DNA of 62,593 bases, the filler included. It is 7 parts of 7 records of this genome, joined end to end, with 100 filler letters (N's around TTAATTAATTAA, not from the genome) between each part and the next. Parts side by side here need not be neighbours in the genome. Positions count along the whole stretch, not along the records: positions 53,657 to 62,593 come from DRR723986_28855; 6 more parts are not named here. One strand, written 5' to 3'. The translations under genes and the position numbers were made by a program. The notes beneath the pieces are model-generated. The model made no database searches and was not told the origin of the DNA. It saw only the letters and a list, made by a program, of their open reading frames with translations. Position 1 is the stretch's first letter; each line of letters starts with the position of its first letter. Positions 61,050-62,593 of the stretch are shown here, in pieces.

Positions 61050-62495
61050 ATGAAAAAACTACTTTACATCACCTGTTGTCTACTATCACTTACAGCTTTT
61101 TCCCAAGAAAAGAACAAGCCAAATGTGTTGTTTATCATCTCTGATGATCTGACTACGACAGCCCTAGGAGCATACGGAAATCCGGCACCAAAAACCCCAG
61201 TCATCGATCAGTTGGCGAAGGAGAGCACACTATTTACCCGCGCGTACACACAATATCCAGTTTGCGGACCATCCCGTGCTTCCTTTATGTTTGGCTATTA
61301 TCCCAATGCTACGCAAACCTATGGCTACGTAAGCGGTAGGGAAAATGTAGGTCCTGACCGACCTTCCTTGGCTGAGCTTTTTAAGCAAAATGGCTACTAC
61401 ACAGCCCGAGTGAGCAAAATCTATCATATGGGCGTGCCGATCGATATAGAAAAAGGGTCAGATGGAACAGATGATCCTGCTTCCTGGACTGAGAAATTTA
61501 ACTCCCAAGGTCCTGAATGGACGGCTGCAGGTAAAGCAGAACTGGTGCAAAACAACCCTGACGGAAGCATAGAGCGAAAAGGTGGAAATGTGATGACTAT
61601 AGTCCAAGCTGACGGGGATGACTTGGTACATTCTGACGGTAAAACAGCCGAAAAAGCATCCGAATTGATCCGCCAACATAAAGACAAGCCCTTCTTTCTA
61701 GCAGTAGGATTGGTTCGACCTCACGTGCCTTTTGTGGCGCCAGCAAAGTATTTCGATCCATTTCCATATGAAGAAATTAAGCTACCAGAGCAGGTAGAGA
61801 ATGATTGGGATGATATACCTGAACGTGGGATAAACTACGTCACCAGTGTCAATGCGGAGATGAATGACGTGCAGAAGCAAAAGGCAATTGCTGGGTATTA
61901 TGCAGCAGTTTCCTATATGGATGCGCAAGTTGGGAAGGTCTTAAAGACGCTGAAAGAAGAAGGATTGGAAGACAATACAATTGTGATTTTCACCTCGGAT
62001 CATGGTTTTCACCTGGATGAGCACGAGTTCTGGATGAAAGTGAGTTTGCACGAAGAGTCTGTTCTCGTGCCGATGATGATCAAGGTGCCTGGCAAAAAGC
62101 CGGCTGTAGTAAACTCTTTCACCGAGCTACTGGACCTCTACCCTACATTGGCTGACTTGGCAGGATTGGAATATCCAAAGTCTATTCAGGGGAAAAGTCT
62201 GGTTCCGGTTCTACACAATCCTAAGAAAAAAGTACGGGATTATGCTTTCTCTGTCACGCAGGGAGGCAAGTCCTTTCTAATTCGCACGGATAAGTGGGCT
62301 TATATCCAGTACAATGAGGATGCCTCAGCAGGAATGGAGCTTTTTGATATGGAAAATGATCCCCAGCAATTTACAAATCTTGCCCATGATCCAGCGCACA
62401 AAGCAACTCTAGATGAATTACAGGCAATCCTTAAGAAAAAATTGGCTGAGGTAAGAGACAATGATTTGGGTATAAATTATCAAGCTTCGAAATGA
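61050..62495 (+). CDS. Sulfatase (iduronate/choline-sulfatase-like)
   Basis: ISDDL, CGPSRAS, KIYH, RPHVP and SDHG. Confidence 0.93.
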   Translation: MKKLLYITCCLLSLTAFSQEKNKPNVLFIISDDLTTTALGAYGNPAPKTPVIDQLAKESTLFTRAYTQYPVCGPSRASFMFGYYPNATQTYGYVSGRENVGPDRPSLAELFKQNGYYTARVSKIYHMGVPIDIEKGSDGTDDPASWTEKFNSQGPEWTAAGKAELVQNNPDGSIERKGGNVMTIVQADGDDLVHSDGKTAEKASELIRQHKDKPFFLAVGLVRPHVPFVAPAKYFDPFPYEEIKLPEQVENDWDDIPERGINYVTSVNAEMNDVQKQKAIAGYYAAVSYMDAQVGKVLKTLKEEGLEDNTIVIFTSDHGFHLDEHEFWMKVSLHEESVLVPMMIKVPGKKPAVVNSFTELLDLYPTLADLAGLEYPKSIQGKSLVPVLHNPKKKVRDYAFSVTQGGKSFLIRTDKWAYIQYNEDASAGMELFDMENDPQQFTNLAHDPAHKATLDELQAILKKKLAEVRDNDLGINYQASK

Positions 62496-62593
62496 AAACT
62501 GCATTGAAGAAAATAGCTTTAGCCTGCTTTCTGATTTCCATTTCAGGAATTGCTACTGCACAGTTTCAAGTGAAGCCTTTGCCTGTACAGGCA
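62492..62593 (+). CDS. Exported protein, N-terminus only (truncated)
   Basis: ATGA overlap with the sulfatase stop. Translates as MKTALKKIALACFLISISGIATAQ..., a signal peptide. Confidence 0.65.
   Translation, partial: MKTALKKIALACFLISISGIATAQFQVKPLPVQA

Overview
This window is not one locus. It is seven unrelated contigs joined by 100-bp N44-TTAATTAATTAA-N44 linkers, so gene context must not be read across a linker. (1) 1-5510, Rhodobacteraceae-like: class I lysS, DUF4864, a beta-helix protein and a PLDc_N small protein. (2) 5611-10631, Marinobacter-like: GGDEF-EAL, a methyltransferase + DUF2156 pair, murI, nudC and the start of plsB. (3) 10732-15789: TPR histidine kinase, an orphan membrane-anchored protein and a divergent sigma54 activator. 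(4) 15890-38021, FCB-group-like origin-proximal region: transport and housekeeping genes, coaX-birA, mnmE, mnmG, four parS sites (three in a 70-71 bp tandem repeat) and an archaeal/spirochaete-type class I lysS. (5) 38122-45489, Planctomycete-like: Tpt1/KptA next to a broken macrodomain gene, a SIMPL protein and an S9 peptidase. (6) 45590-53556: a promoter and about 480 nt of densely base-pairing non-coding sequence ahead of a T9SS-tail protein and a giant Sec-exported Rhs/YD protein. (7) 53657-62593, Bacteroidota: msrA, a sulfatase/SSS cluster and heptamer repeats. The best novelty candidate is the putative large structured RNA heading the T9SS-cargo/Rhs operon. Taxonomic and family calls are by-eye inferences; no searches or folding programs were run.
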